A stretch of 63,896 nucleotides of DNA, the filler included, from Candidatus Eiseniibacteriota bacterium (GTDB taxonomy: Bacteria > Orphanbacterota > Orphanbacteria > Orphanbacterales > Orphanbacteraceae): the NCBI GenBank assembly GCA_043809585.1. It is 5 parts of 5 records of this genome, joined end to end, with 100 filler letters (N's around TTAATTAATTAA, not from the genome) between each part and the next. Parts side by side here need not be neighbours in the genome. Positions count along the whole stretch, not along the records: positions 30,090 to 37,217 come from JBDROZ010000100.1; positions 37,318 to 55,263 come from JBDROZ010000101.1; 3 more parts are not named here. The stretch is one strand, 5' to 3'. Below, in pieces: positions 36,741 to 47,076 of the stretch. The notes under the pieces were generated by a model. It had not been told where the DNA came from and did no database searches. It saw only the letters and a program-made list of their open reading frames with translations. Both the position numbers and the translations under genes were made by a program. Position 1 is the stretch's first letter, and each line of letters begins with the position of its first letter.

Positions 36741-37217
36741 AAGAACGGCTGGACAGAAACAAGGCCCGCCTGACCGAGGCGGATGAACGGAAGATCTGGC
36801 AGGCGATCACGGACGAACGGACGAAGAAGGCGCGGCCCTGGTGGGGCGGCTTCCGGATTCCCGCCTTCGCGGGGGCGGCGGCGGTGGCGGCGCTCCTGGT
36901 CGTCACCTATCTCGGGCAGTCACCCGGGGACCGGTCGGCGCTCACGGAGATGGCGGCGCCCCGGGCGCAGAGGATGAACGATCTGCTGGAGTACGCGGCG
37001 CCGGCGCCGGAGACGACGAAGACCCGGGCGGTCCTCCCTGATGAAGAGACGGGGGATATCGATGGCGCCGGCCTTTCCCCGCGGCCGACGGAGAAAGAAG
37101 ACAAACCGGCGACCAAGCCCGAAACGGAGGGGAAAGCCGGGAGCAAGAAGGCGGAACCGAAGCGGGAGGCTTTCGACCCGAAGAGGGAGGCGGAGGGCGA
37201 AGAGGCCTCTCCCGGGC
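36737..37217 (+). CDS. Putative anti-sigma, paralog of 26955-29744 (3' truncated)
   Basis: MKERLDRNKARLTEADERKIWQAITDER...FRIPAFAGAAAVAALLVVTYLGQ, near-identical N-terminus and TM. Confidence 0.85.
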
Positions 37218-37317
37218 NNNNNNNNNNNNNNNNNNNNNNNNNNNNNNNNNNNNNNNNNNNNTTAATTAATTAANNNNNNNNNNNNNNNNNNNNNNNNNNN
37301 NNNNNNNNNNNNNNNNN
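37218..37317. other. Contig linker
   Basis: N-run with TTAATTAATTAA. Confidence 0.99.
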
Positions 37318-37593
<276 letters not shown>

Positions 37594-37594
37594 C

Positions 37595-38257
37595 CTAAGC
37601 TCCCTGGAAGAAGAAGACGTAGAGGGGGATCGACGCGAATCCGAACCCGACGATGACGCCGGCCGCCCGTGAGACCCACTCGATGACGGGGGTGTAGACC
37701 CGGTGATTCAGCCCGATCGAGCGGAACGCGCTCTGAAAACCGTGGCTGATGTGAAAGGCGAGCACGGCGACGCCGAAGACGTACCAGAGGCAGTAGATTC
37801 CGTTCGAGAACACCTCCAGATTCTTCGCGTAATAGTCGGCGTGCCCGTTGCTCTCCGGGATGCCTCCGAAGACGAAGGCCCGGACATGGAGCACGATGTA
37901 GATCAGCACGACGAGGCCGGAGAAGATCATCGTCTTCGACACCGTGGTGCTCACCCCCCCCTTCTTCGTCCCGTACTCGACATATCGATCCCCCCGGGCC
38001 CCCCGGTTGTCGAAGTAGAGGACGATCCCGAGAAGGATGTGGAGCGCGAAGAGCGCGGCCAGCTTCAGCTCGAGGATCAGGAGGATCGGGATCTTCTCGA
38101 GGGCCGCCGAGAGCCCGTTGAAGGGGTCGGGCCCGAGGAAGAAGAGGAGATTCGCCGTCAGGTGAAAAGCGATGAACAGGCAGAGCAGGACCCCCGTGAT
38201 GCCCATCCAGAACTTCTTCCCGACCGACGACAGGAACACCCTATGGAACCAACTCAT
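37595..38257 (-). CDS. sdhC: Succinate dehydrogenase cytochrome b subunit (b558 type)
   Basis: [34 protein letters not shown]; 5 TMs; upstream of sdhA. Confidence 0.9.
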   Translation of the reverse strand: MSWFHRVFLSSVGKKFWMGITGVLLCLFIAFHLTANLLFFLGPDPFNGLSAALEKIPILLILELKLAALFALHILLGIVLYFDNRGARGDRYVEYGTKKGGVSTTVSKTMIFSGLVVLIYIVLHVRAFVFGGIPESNGHADYYAKNLEVFSNGIYCLWYVFGVAVLAFHISHGFQSAFRSIGLNHRVYTPVIEWVSRAAGVIVGFGFASIPLYVFFFQGA

Positions 38258-38662
38258 AGACCACTCCATTCCAGTCGGCCAAGGGGTACGATTCCCGCCC
38301 GGGCGTGGCTCGCGCCCCCGGCGGAACGATGCGGAACAGGTCTGCAACGGTAAGTGTCACGCCTCCCGGGGGCCCAAGTCAAGCACCGTCCCCCAGATAA
38401 GTGATTGTGATACTATGATATAGAGAATCTTATCTTCCTACGGGCCGTCTCCCCTCCGGGGGGACGGGATCGGACGGGTCGTTCACTCCGCCCCCCCTCC
38501 CGGCGAACCTCTTCCCGCTTCTCCGATTCGCCCTTTCTGCCGACAAGTGGAGACAGGAGGACCGGGTCTCTATCAAACCCAGAGGCGGAGCCGGGGTGCT
38601 CCTGAAGCGCCCCGCATTGCGGGAGTCCGGGGTCGATCATCGAAGAAGAATCGGAGCGGAAC

Positions 38663-40717
38663 ATGTCCCTGGACCGCACCTTTCCAACCGGGGCCGCGCA
38701 CCGGTGCACATTCGGTCCCCTGCGGGCCGTTGCCATTCTCCTTTTCCTATTCTCCCTCCCCACCTCCGGCGCCGGCATCGACCTCACCGGGCTGAGCCTC
38801 GAGGAACTGATGTCCATCGAGGTGACGTCGGTCTCGAAAAAGCCGGAACGTATCTCGGAAACGGCGGCGGCGGTGTACGTGATCACCCGGGACGACATCC
38901 GGCGCTCCGGGGCGCTCACCATTCCCGACGCCCTCCGCCTCGCGCCGGGGCTCTTCGTCGCCCAGATCGACGCCAACAAGTGGGGCGTCACGAGCCGCGG
39001 CTTCAGCGGCGACTTCCCGAACAAGATGCTGGTCATGATCGACGGCCGGACCGTCTACACCACCCTTTTCTCCGGGGTCTACTGGGACATCCAGGACGTC
39101 GTTCTCGAAGACGTGGACCGGATCGAGGTCGTCTGCGGTCCGGGGGGCACCCTGTGGGGATCGAACGCCGTCAACGGCGTGATCAACATCATCACCCGAC
39201 ACGCGCGGAAGACGGAGGGAACCTATCTGGAGGCCGGAGCGGGGGTCGAGGAACAGGGCTTCCTCTCCGCGCGGCACGGCCGGGCCCTCGGAGAGAACGG
39301 CGCCTGGAGGGTCTGGGCCAAGTACTTCGATCGGGACGGTTCGATCGGCCCCGAGGGCGAGGATCTTCCTGACGGTTGGAACGCGGCCCGGGGCAGCTTC
39401 CGCTTCGACTGGGAAGGGGAAGGGGGAAGTGCGTTCAGCGCCCAGGGCGCGGCTTACAAAGGCGAATCCGGCGTGCGGTACGACTTCCCGACGCTTCGGA
39501 GGCCCTATATGTACCGGGTGGAGGAGATGACCGACCTGAGCGGCGGGCACCTGCTCGCCCGTTGGTCCCTCCCTTCCGGGGAGTCCTCGGAGACGGCGGT
39601 CCAGGTCTACGCCGATCACACCGAGAGAACCGACAGCTTCCAGCGCCGGCGGCGGAACATCTACGACGCCGACGCCCAGCACCGGAGTCACCCGACGGAC
39701 CGGATCGAGGTCGTCCTGGGCTTCGGGTACCGGCTCACCGAGTCGACCCAGGACAGCACGGCGCAGGCGTGGGTGGATAGAGAACTTTACGACGATTTCG
39801 TCCACCTGCCGAGTGCGTTCGTTCATTCGGACATCGATCTGGTTCCCGGCAAGCTACGGTTCTCGGCGGGCTCCAAATACGAGCACCACGAACTCGTGGG
39901 GCACGAGTTCCAACCGAACGGAAGGATCCTCTGGAAGGTCCGCCGGGACCAGGCCCTCTGGGCGGCCGTTACCCGGGCGGTCAGGACCCCCTCCCAGGTG
40001 GAACTGCACGGGAACATCCACTACGCGACCCTCCCTCCGGGCGACGAGTCCGGAGGTTCCCCCTACCCGGTGATGGTCCTGTTCAAGGGCGACGAAGAGA
40101 TGAAGAGCGAGGATCTCCTCGCCTACGAGATCGGATACCGGGTGCGGCCTACGGGGCGGCTCTCCCTCCAGGCGGCGGCCTTTTACAACGTCTACGATCA
40201 TGTTCGCACCGTGAGCCCGGGAAGCGCCCGTTTCAAGGGGGACCCTGTCTGGTACGCCGTCCAGCCCCTCGTGGCCGGGAACCTCCAGAGCGGGGTCACC
40301 TACGGTCTGGAGCTCTCCCTCGAATGGAGGCTCCACGACCGGGTCCGTCTTCGCACCGATTACAGCAATCTCGAAGCGGACATGGACCTCATGAACAGCG
40401 ACGATGTCATGACCGTCGGCGAGGCGGAAGGTTCGAGTCCGCGCCACCAGGCGTCCTTCCGGGTCTCCTCCGACCTTCCCGGCGGCCTGGCGGCGGACCT
40501 GCACATCCGTTACGTGGGCGAGCTGACCGAACCGGTCGTGGACGCCTACACGGAGCTCGATGCGCACCTGGCGTGGCGGCCCGATCCGACCTGGGAGCTC
40601 TCCGTCACCGGACGAAACCTGATTCATGACGACCACCTCGAGTACGTGTCCGACCTCTTCGTTCAGGAGGGGCGGATCGAGCGCTCGATCTACGGTGCCG
40701 TCACCGTGAGGTTCTGA
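38663..40717 (+). CDS. TonB-dependent receptor
   Basis: LSLEELMSIEVTSVSKK, plug ..DRIEVVCGPGGTLWGSNAVNGVINIIT, C-terminal YGAVTVRF. Confidence 0.93.
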   Translation: MSLDRTFPTGAAHRCTFGPLRAVAILLFLFSLPTSGAGIDLTGLSLEELMSIEVTSVSKKPERISETAAAVYVITRDDIRRSGALTIPDALRLAPGLFVAQIDANKWGVTSRGFSGDFPNKMLVMIDGRTVYTTLFSGVYWDIQDVVLEDVDRIEVVCGPGGTLWGSNAVNGVINIITRHARKTEGTYLEAGAGVEEQGFLSARHGRALGENGAWRVWAKYFDRDGSIGPEGEDLPDGWNAARGSFRFDWEGEGGSAFSAQGAAYKGESGVRYDFPTLRRPYMYRVEEMTDLSGGHLLARWSLPSGESSETAVQVYADHTERTDSFQRRRRNIYDADAQHRSHPTDRIEVVLGFGYRLTESTQDSTAQAWVDRELYDDFVHLPSAFVHSDIDLVPGKLRFSAGSKYEHHELVGHEFQPNGRILWKVRRDQALWAAVTRAVRTPSQVELHGNIHYATLPPGDESGGSPYPVMVLFKGDEEMKSEDLLAYEIGYRVRPTGRLSLQAAAFYNVYDHVRTVSPGSARFKGDPVWYAVQPLVAGNLQSGVTYGLELSLEWRLHDRVRLRTDYSNLEADMDLMNSDDVMTVGEAEGSSPRHQASFRVSSDLPGGLAADLHIRYVGELTEPVVDAYTELDAHLAWRPDPTWELSVTGRNLIHDDHLEYVSDLFVQEGRIERSIYGAVTVRF

Positions 40718-41286
40718 TGACGAGGAACCGCCCCGTCCTCTTCGGTCTCCTCGGCGCTCTCGCCCTCCTGGCGGGGGCTGCCGGAGAGGCCCGCCCGTCG
40801 GACCTGACCGAAGACGAAGTGAAGGCGGCCTTCCTCTTCAGCTTCTCGAAGTTCGTCACCTGGCCCGCCGAAGCCTTCCCGGAGAAGGACTCGTCCCTCG
40901 AGATCGGCGTCGTGGGACACGACGAGTTCGCGGAAATCCTCGAGGCGACGGTGAAGGGAAAGTCGGTGGGGGGGCGGGCTGTTCGGGTCGTTCGGTTCGC
41001 AGACGCCCGAAGGGCCCGCGCCTGCCCCATCCTCTACTTTTCGGGTGACTTGAAAGTCTCCGGTTCGGCCCGGGAGTGGACCGGCCAGCGAGGGATCCTG
41101 ACGATCGGTGAGCAGGAGGGGTTCGCCTCGCGGGAGGGGATCATCGGGTTCTTCCTGGAAAAAAGCCGGGTCCGGTTCGAGGTGAACACCGCCGCCGCCG
41201 AACGGGCCGGACTCAAGATCAGCTCCCAGGTGCTCGGTCTTGCGCGGCTCGTGGGTGACGCCCCCACCGAAGGGGGCGACCGATGA
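40717..41286 (+). CDS. YfiR family periplasmic protein
   Basis: [16 protein letters not shown]...[24 protein letters not shown]. Confidence 0.9.
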   Translation: MTRNRPVLFGLLGALALLAGAAGEARPSDLTEDEVKAAFLFSFSKFVTWPAEAFPEKDSSLEIGVVGHDEFAEILEATVKGKSVGGRAVRVVRFADARRARACPILYFSGDLKVSGSAREWTGQRGILTIGEQEGFASREGIIGFFLEKSRVRFEVNTAAAERAGLKISSQVLGLARLVGDAPTEGGDR

Positions 41287-43658
41287 GACTCCTCCGAGAT
41301 CTCACGATCAATCGGAAGCTGACGTTCGTCATCATGGTGACGTCCGGCACCGTGCTTCTCCTCTCCTTCGGGGCTCTCGTCTCGTACGAGGTGGTCACTT
41401 TCCGGGGCCGGCTCGCCTCCGAACTCCAGACACTCGCCGACGTGATCGGCGCCAACAGCGAAGGAGCGATCGCCTTCGAGGACGGCGACGCGGCCAACAA
41501 GGCCCTCGCCGCCCTGGCGGCGCAGTCCCATATCGTTTCGGCCGCCACATTCATGGAGAGCGGTCTGCCCCTCGGCGTCTACTTCCGTGATGGGAAGCCG
41601 GAAGGGTTCGTTCTCCCGGAGGTGAGGGAAGGGGGTTACTGGATCGAACGAAACTCCCTCCAGCTCTTCCGCCCCGTGTTCTTCGAAGGGGAGAGATTCG
41701 GCAGTATCTACATCCGCTCCGATCTGGATGCCTTCCGGAGCCGGATGGTTCAGTACACGCTCATCGTCGGCTTCTTCATGGTCGCCGCCTTCCTCATCAC
41801 CCTCTTGTTCTCCACTTGGCTCCAGCGGATGATCGCCCGGCCCATCGAGGCCCTCTCGAAAACCGCGCGCGCGGTCTCGGAGGAGAAGGACTACTCGGTC
41901 CGGGCGCCCCGACACGCGAACGACGAGATCGGCGTCCTCGTGGGGGCGTTCAACGAGATGCTCTCCCAGATCGAGAATCGGGAGCGGGAACTGGAGAGCC
42001 ACCGGGGACGCCTGCAGGAGGAAGTCGCCATTCGAACCGTCGAGTTGGTGGCGGCGAAGGATAAGGCCGAGGCGGCGGCGCAGGCCAAGAGCGAGTTCCT
42101 GGCCAACATGAGCCACGAAATCCGCACGCCCATGAACGGCGTTCTCGGCATGATCGGGCTCCTCCTCGACACAAACCTGACGCCGGACCAGCGGGAACAG
42201 GCGGATACGGCGAAGAACAGTGCCGATGCGCTCCTCACCGTGATCAACGACATCCTCGACTTCTCCAAAGTCGAGGCGGGCAAACTCTCCCTCGAAATGC
42301 TGGAGTTCGATCTCCGATCGGTCGTGGAGGAGACTCTCGAGGTCCTCGCCCTCAAGGCGCACGCGAAGGGGCTCGACCTCGTCGGGCGGATCCATCCGGA
42401 GGCGCCGACCAGCCTGATCGGGGACCCGGGCCGCATGCGGCAGATCATCATCAACCTCGCGGGCAACGCCGTCAAGTTCACGAACCGGGGGGAAGTCCGG
42501 GTCGAGGTCGATCTCCTCGGCGAGACCGAGGATCGCGCGACCCTCCGCTTCCGGGTCACCGACACGGGCATCGGCATCCCGGAGAATCGCCGGGAAATGG
42601 TGTTCGAATCGTTCTCCCAGGTCGATTCGTCGACCGGCCGCCGCTTCGGCGGGACCGGTCTCGGGCTCGCCATCTCGAAACAACTGGTGGAACTGATGGG
42701 AGGCACGATCGGTTTGGAGAGCGTGGCCGGCAGGGGGTCGACCTTTTGGTTCACCGTCGATCTCGAAAAGGCGGGCAGCGGCCGCCCCGCGGAGGAACAT
42801 CCCGACGGCGCGAACCGGTTGGTTCTGATCGCGGAACCGCACGACCTGACCCGGAGGACGATCCGGGACCACTTGGAATCCTGGGGATGCAGGGTCGTCG
42901 AAGCGGTGAACCTCTCCGCGGCGATCGAATCGATCCACCGGGCGGCGGCCGGAAGCGAGCCGATCCACACGGCCATCGTGGGGGCCGATCTGCCCGGAAC
43001 CCCCATCGAGGACCCCTGCGCGCCCGTGCGGGAAGCGATCGGGTCGGGAGAGACGCGGATCATCGTCGTCACCTCCCGTGGCCGGCGTCTGAACCTGACC
43101 AGGAGCCTTCGGAGCGGGAAGGACTGGATGATCCCGAAGCCGATCCGCCGCTATCAGCTTCTCGGGTGTCTGTTTTCGCCGGGCGATTCCGGGCATGGGG
43201 AAAGCGGCGGCGACGCGAACGGAGCGGCATCGGTACCGCACGTCGTCGGGGGACGGCGGCTCCGAATCCTCGTCGCCGAGGACAACGCGGTCAACCAGAA
43301 GGTCGCCTTGAAACTGCTCGAGAAGATGGGCCACAGCGCGGTCGCGGTCGCCGACGGCCACGAAGCGGTGCGCGCCCTCGAGATGATCCCGTACGACCTG
43401 GTGCTGATGGACTGCCAGATGCCGGGCATGGACGGATTCGAGGCGACCGCCATCATCCGCGACCCCGACTCCCGGGTGCTCGACCATCACATCCCCGTGA
43501 TCGCTCTGACCGCCCACGCCATGAAGGGGGACCGGGACCGCTGCATCCGGGCGGGCATGGACGACTACGTCTCCAAGCCGGTCAATCCCAAGGAACTCCG
43601 GGAAGTGATCGAACGGCAGATCGCCCCCATCGCGAGCGATTCCGAAACTTCCGACTGA
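41283..43658 (+). CDS. Hybrid sensor histidine kinase (CHASE8-like/HAMP/HisKA/HATPase/REC)
   Basis: [35 protein letters not shown]-terminal receiver VAEDN..LMDCQMP. Confidence 0.93.
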   Translation: MRLLRDLTINRKLTFVIMVTSGTVLLLSFGALVSYEVVTFRGRLASELQTLADVIGANSEGAIAFEDGDAANKALAALAAQSHIVSAATFMESGLPLGVYFRDGKPEGFVLPEVREGGYWIERNSLQLFRPVFFEGERFGSIYIRSDLDAFRSRMVQYTLIVGFFMVAAFLITLLFSTWLQRMIARPIEALSKTARAVSEEKDYSVRAPRHANDEIGVLVGAFNEMLSQIENRERELESHRGRLQEEVAIRTVELVAAKDKAEAAAQAKSEFLANMSHEIRTPMNGVLGMIGLLLDTNLTPDQREQADTAKNSADALLTVINDILDFSKVEAGKLSLEMLEFDLRSVVEETLEVLALKAHAKGLDLVGRIHPEAPTSLIGDPGRMRQIIINLAGNAVKFTNRGEVRVEVDLLGETEDRATLRFRVTDTGIGIPENRREMVFESFSQVDSSTGRRFGGTGLGLAISKQLVELMGGTIGLESVAGRGSTFWFTVDLEKAGSGRPAEEHPDGANRLVLIAEPHDLTRRTIRDHLESWGCRVVEAVNLSAAIESIHRAAAGSEPIHTAIVGADLPGTPIEDPCAPVREAIGSGETRIIVVTSRGRRLNLTRSLRSGKDWMIPKPIRRYQLLGCLFSPGDSGHGESGGDANGAASVPHVVGGRRLRILVAEDNAVNQKVALKLLEKMGHSAVAVADGHEAVRALEMIPYDLVLMDCQMPGMDGFEATAIIRDPDSRVLDHHIPVIALTAHAMKGDRDRCIRAGMDDYVSKPVNPKELREVIERQIAPIASDSETSD

Positions 43659-43696
43659 GCCCCCCCCCCCTTTCTCCCCCCGTCATTTCACCGGAA

Positions 43697-43725
43697 TTGA
43701 CGGCACTCCGACGGTGTGATATACT
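43697..43725 (+). promoter_or_regulatory. sigma70 promoter of rrf2
   Basis: TTGACG, 17 nt, TATACT with extended TG. Confidence 0.7.
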
Positions 43726-43750
43726 GCCACACAGATAGGAGTTGCGGGCA

Positions 43751-44209
43751 ATGAAACTCTCGAGCAAGAGCCTCTACGCGCTACGGGTCCTCCCCCATCT
43801 GGCGGAGGCTTATGGCAAGAAACCCCTCTCCGTGGCCCATCTCGCCCGCACCGAAGACCTGCCCGCCAAATACCTGGAGCAGATCCTCTCTACCCTGAAG
43901 AAACAAGGGCTCCTCGTCTCGGAGCGGGGGAAGGACGGCGGCTACTCCCTCCGAAAGGCCCCTTCGGAGATCACCCTCGGAGACGTGATCCGGGTCCTCG
44001 ACGGTCCCCTGGCGCCGATCCCCTGCGCAAGCCGGACGGCCCCCCACGACGATCCGGACTGCCCCTATCCTTTTGATTCTTGCTGGCTTCGCCTTCTGAT
44101 GCTCCGGGTGCGCGACAACATCTCCGCCGTCCTGGACCAGGAGAATCTCGCGGACATGACCGAGCACGCAGGGCGTCTCATCAAAAAGACGAGGGGATCG
44201 GCCGAGTGA
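43751..44209 (+). CDS. Rrf2-family transcriptional regulator
   Basis: YLEQILSTLK..GLLVSERGKDGGYSL...ITLGDVIRVLDG; three C-terminal Cys. Confidence 0.92.
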   Translation: MKLSSKSLYALRVLPHLAEAYGKKPLSVAHLARTEDLPAKYLEQILSTLKKQGLLVSERGKDGGYSLRKAPSEITLGDVIRVLDGPLAPIPCASRTAPHDDPDCPYPFDSCWLRLLMLRVRDNISAVLDQENLADMTEHAGRLIKKTRGSAE

Positions 44210-44318
44210 ACCGGAACCGGCATATTTTTTTCTATATATCCTAATAATACGATCGGTGAACATATATATACTTCCCGAGTTGGCAGACGGTCATCGCTCC
44301 CCCAGGAGGGAATGATCC

Positions 44319-45191
44319 ATGGAAGCCGCACGGCTCCTCCGTCCCTGGTGGACCCTGCTCCTTGTCGCCGTGGGTGTGATGCTGGTCGTGCTCGCCTTCA
44401 CCGGCGATTTCTCCCTCGCCGACAGCATTCCGAACACGGCCTCCCTCGTTCTCATCGTGGCGACGATGGCCTTCTTCTCGGAGTACATCGACTCTTCCCT
44501 CGGAATGGGCTACGGCACAACCCTCACGCCGGTGCTCCTGCTGATGGGATACTCGCCTCTCCAGGTCGTTCCGGCGATTCTCTTCTCCGAGTGTGTAACG
44601 GGAATCGCCTCCGGTCTCTCGCATCACCGTGCGGGAAATGTCGACTTCCGCCGAGGCTCCCGGGCGAGGCGGACCATGACCATTCTCGTCGCCTGTTCCA
44701 TCGTCGGCACCGTGGCGGCCGTGTTCCTCGCCCTCAACCTCCCGCAGACAGTGATCAAGTCATACATCGGGCTCATGATTCTCGGCATCGGCGTCTACAT
44801 CCTCATCGCCCGGAACCGGCCCGGGCGGTTTTCGTGGGGGAAGATCGTCGGCCTCGGCGGCGTCGCCGCGTTCAACAAGGGCATTTCCGGAGGTGGATAC
44901 GGGCCGTTGGTCACGGGAGGCCAGATCCTCTCCGGAGTCGAGGAGAAAAGCGCCGTCGGGATCACTTCCCTCGCCGAAGGGCTGGTCTGCTTCGTGGGTC
45001 TCGTTCTCTACTTCTTCTTCGGTAGCGGCGTGGACTGGCTGCTCGCCGGTTCGCTTGCAATCGGCGCCATGCTTTCGGTCCCGGCGGCGGTTTGGACCGT
45101 GAAGATCATGCCGGAGCGGGCCCTTCGAAACTCCATCGGATACGCCACGGTTTTTCTCGGTCTGCTGAGCCTGATCCGCGTGGTTCTCTAA
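44319..45191 (+). CDS. TauE/SafE (TSUP) family transporter
   Basis: DSSLGMGYGTTLTPVLL, SGGGYGP, multiple TMs. Confidence 0.85.
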   Translation: MEAARLLRPWWTLLLVAVGVMLVVLAFTGDFSLADSIPNTASLVLIVATMAFFSEYIDSSLGMGYGTTLTPVLLLMGYSPLQVVPAILFSECVTGIASGLSHHRAGNVDFRRGSRARRTMTILVACSIVGTVAAVFLALNLPQTVIKSYIGLMILGIGVYILIARNRPGRFSWGKIVGLGGVAAFNKGISGGGYGPLVTGGQILSGVEEKSAVGITSLAEGLVCFVGLVLYFFFGSGVDWLLAGSLAIGAMLSVPAAVWTVKIMPERALRNSIGYATVFLGLLSLIRVVL

Positions 45192-45255
45192 CCGGCCGGC
45201 GCTCCCTGTTGCCCTCCCCCTTTCTCCCCACCGGGCGATCTGTTATGCTTTCGTC

Positions 45256-46317
45256 ATGAACGGGGACCGGTTCCGCCGCATCGCCTTCCTGATCATTCTC
45301 GCGGTCATTACCGCCTTCTTCCTCGCCATGATCCGGCGCTTCCTGGTCGTGATCCTCCTCGCCGCCGTATTCGCGGGGCTCGCTTCCCCCCTGTACGGCC
45401 GGTTCCTCCGGGCCTTCCACGGGCGGCGGACGGCGGCGGGGGCGTTCACCCTGTTCCTCCTCCTCACAATCGTGGTGGTCCCCCTCCTCGCGATCCTCGG
45501 GCTCGTGGCCAAGCAGGCCTACTCAATCAGCCAGATCGTCGGGCCCTGGATCCAGGTCCAACTCCGGCAGCCCGACCTTCTTCTCGAGAAGATCCCCGGC
45601 ATCGAGCGGCTCGCCCCCTATCACGCGCCGATCCTCGGCAAGGGGGCGGAAATGGTCGGCAGTCTCGGCACGTTCCTCTTCAACAGCCTCTCGGCCACCA
45701 CCAAGGGGACCGTGGCGTTCCTCTTCAAGTTCTTCCTCTTCCTCTACACCATGTTCTTCTTCCTCGTCGACGGCGGCCCCATTCTCAAGAAGGTCCTCCA
45801 TTACCTGCCCCTCGCGGAGAAGGACGAGAGGCGGATGGTGGACAAATTCACGTCCGTCACCCGGGCAACGCTGAAGGGGACCCTCGTCGTCGGCCTTCTC
45901 CAGGGGACGCTCGCCGGAATCGCTTTCTGGATCGTCGGCATTCAGGGGGCCCTCTTCTGGGGGACGGTGATGACCTTCCTCTCCATCATCCCCGGGATCG
46001 GGACGGCCCTCGTCTGGGCGCCCGCGATGGTCATTCTCTTCGCCCGGGGGATCGTGGGGTCGGGCGTCTTTCTCGGTCTCTTCTGTCTCCTCGTCGTGGG
46101 CATGGTGGACAATCTCCTCCGCCCCCGCCTGGTCGGGCGGGACACGCAGATGCACGATCTGCTCATTCTCTTCGGCACCTTGGGCGGCCTTCTCCTCTTC
46201 GGCGTGCTCGGGTTCATCGTCGGGCCGATTCTCGCCGCCCTCTTCGTGACGGCCTGGGAGATCTACGGGGTCGTCTTCCACGAGCATCTCGAAGAGGAAC
46301 CGGCGCCCGGGGAGTAG
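45256..46317 (+). CDS. AI-2E family transporter
   Basis: FFFLVDG, SIIPGIGTALVWAP, DNLLRPRLVG, GFIVGP. Confidence 0.9.
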   Translation: MNGDRFRRIAFLIILAVITAFFLAMIRRFLVVILLAAVFAGLASPLYGRFLRAFHGRRTAAGAFTLFLLLTIVVVPLLAILGLVAKQAYSISQIVGPWIQVQLRQPDLLLEKIPGIERLAPYHAPILGKGAEMVGSLGTFLFNSLSATTKGTVAFLFKFFLFLYTMFFFLVDGGPILKKVLHYLPLAEKDERRMVDKFTSVTRATLKGTLVVGLLQGTLAGIAFWIVGIQGALFWGTVMTFLSIIPGIGTALVWAPAMVILFARGIVGSGVFLGLFCLLVVGMVDNLLRPRLVGRDTQMHDLLILFGTLGGLLLFGVLGFIVGPILAALFVTAWEIYGVVFHEHLEEEPAPGE

Positions 46318-46433
46318 GCGGCGGAACACCGTGGGCGTCTTCTCTCATGCGTGCTATATTGATTTCGTAATTATGTTTCGACCGACATCGGAGCCTCGGC
46401 TTTTTCGTTCCCTCTTCCCCAGGGAGATCGGTC

Positions 46434-46934
46434 ATGGCCCGAACAGGTTTTGCCGCCCGAATGCTTCCCCTCGTCGCCGTCCTCTTCATTCTCGCACCAC
46501 CCCCGCCCCCCGCGGCGGGACAGGAGCCGTGCGAAGACAGAATTCAAGCGACCTCTTCGGGTGATTCGATCGTGGTCGTTCACGCCGGGGCGTACTACAA
46601 TTGCTGCGTCGTCATCGAAGCGGTCCTGGAACTGCCGGAGCCTTTTCTCCTCGAATTTCTGGAAACCGAGACCTACCCGATCGGCCCCTGCTTCTGCATG
46701 TGCTGCATCGATGTGACCATGGAAGGCGCGGGATTCGCGCCCGGACTTTACACCGTTCGGGTATGGAACGAAGACCGGTCGGTCCTCTTCGGAGAAACGG
46801 AGGTCGAAGTTTCTTCGGGGGGGCGCGACGATCCCGGGCCTCTCACGACCACCCAGTCCGATTGTCTCGACGTCGTCTCCGTGCCGGAGCCCCCGGTGCT
46901 GACCTGGGGCCGGATCAAGACGTTCTTCCGCTGA
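46434..46934 (+). CDS. Small Cys-rich secreted protein with C-terminal TWGRIK motif
   Basis: Signal peptide; YNCC and CFCMCC; ends VLTWGRIKTFFR. Confidence 0.75.
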   Translation: MARTGFAARMLPLVAVLFILAPPPPPAAGQEPCEDRIQATSSGDSIVVVHAGAYYNCCVVIEAVLELPEPFLLEFLETETYPIGPCFCMCCIDVTMEGAGFAPGLYTVRVWNEDRSVLFGETEVEVSSGGRDDPGPLTTTQSDCLDVVSVPEPPVLTWGRIKTFFR

Positions 46935-47076
46935 TCCCCGCGGCGGGATCGGTGCCGGAGACGCGCGCCGCCGGGATGGGGAACGCGCCGGATGCCGCCG
47001 CGCTCCCCGCTTGCCTCCGCCGGGTCCGTCGTTTACTCTTGGATCGAGAGTCACGCTCTTTCCACGGAGGGATCGG

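Noticed and set aside
26955-37217. Near-identical duplicated segment as a diversity-generating retroelement TR/VR pair
   Set aside because: Differences are not adenine-specific, both copies are coding, and there is no reverse transcriptase in the window
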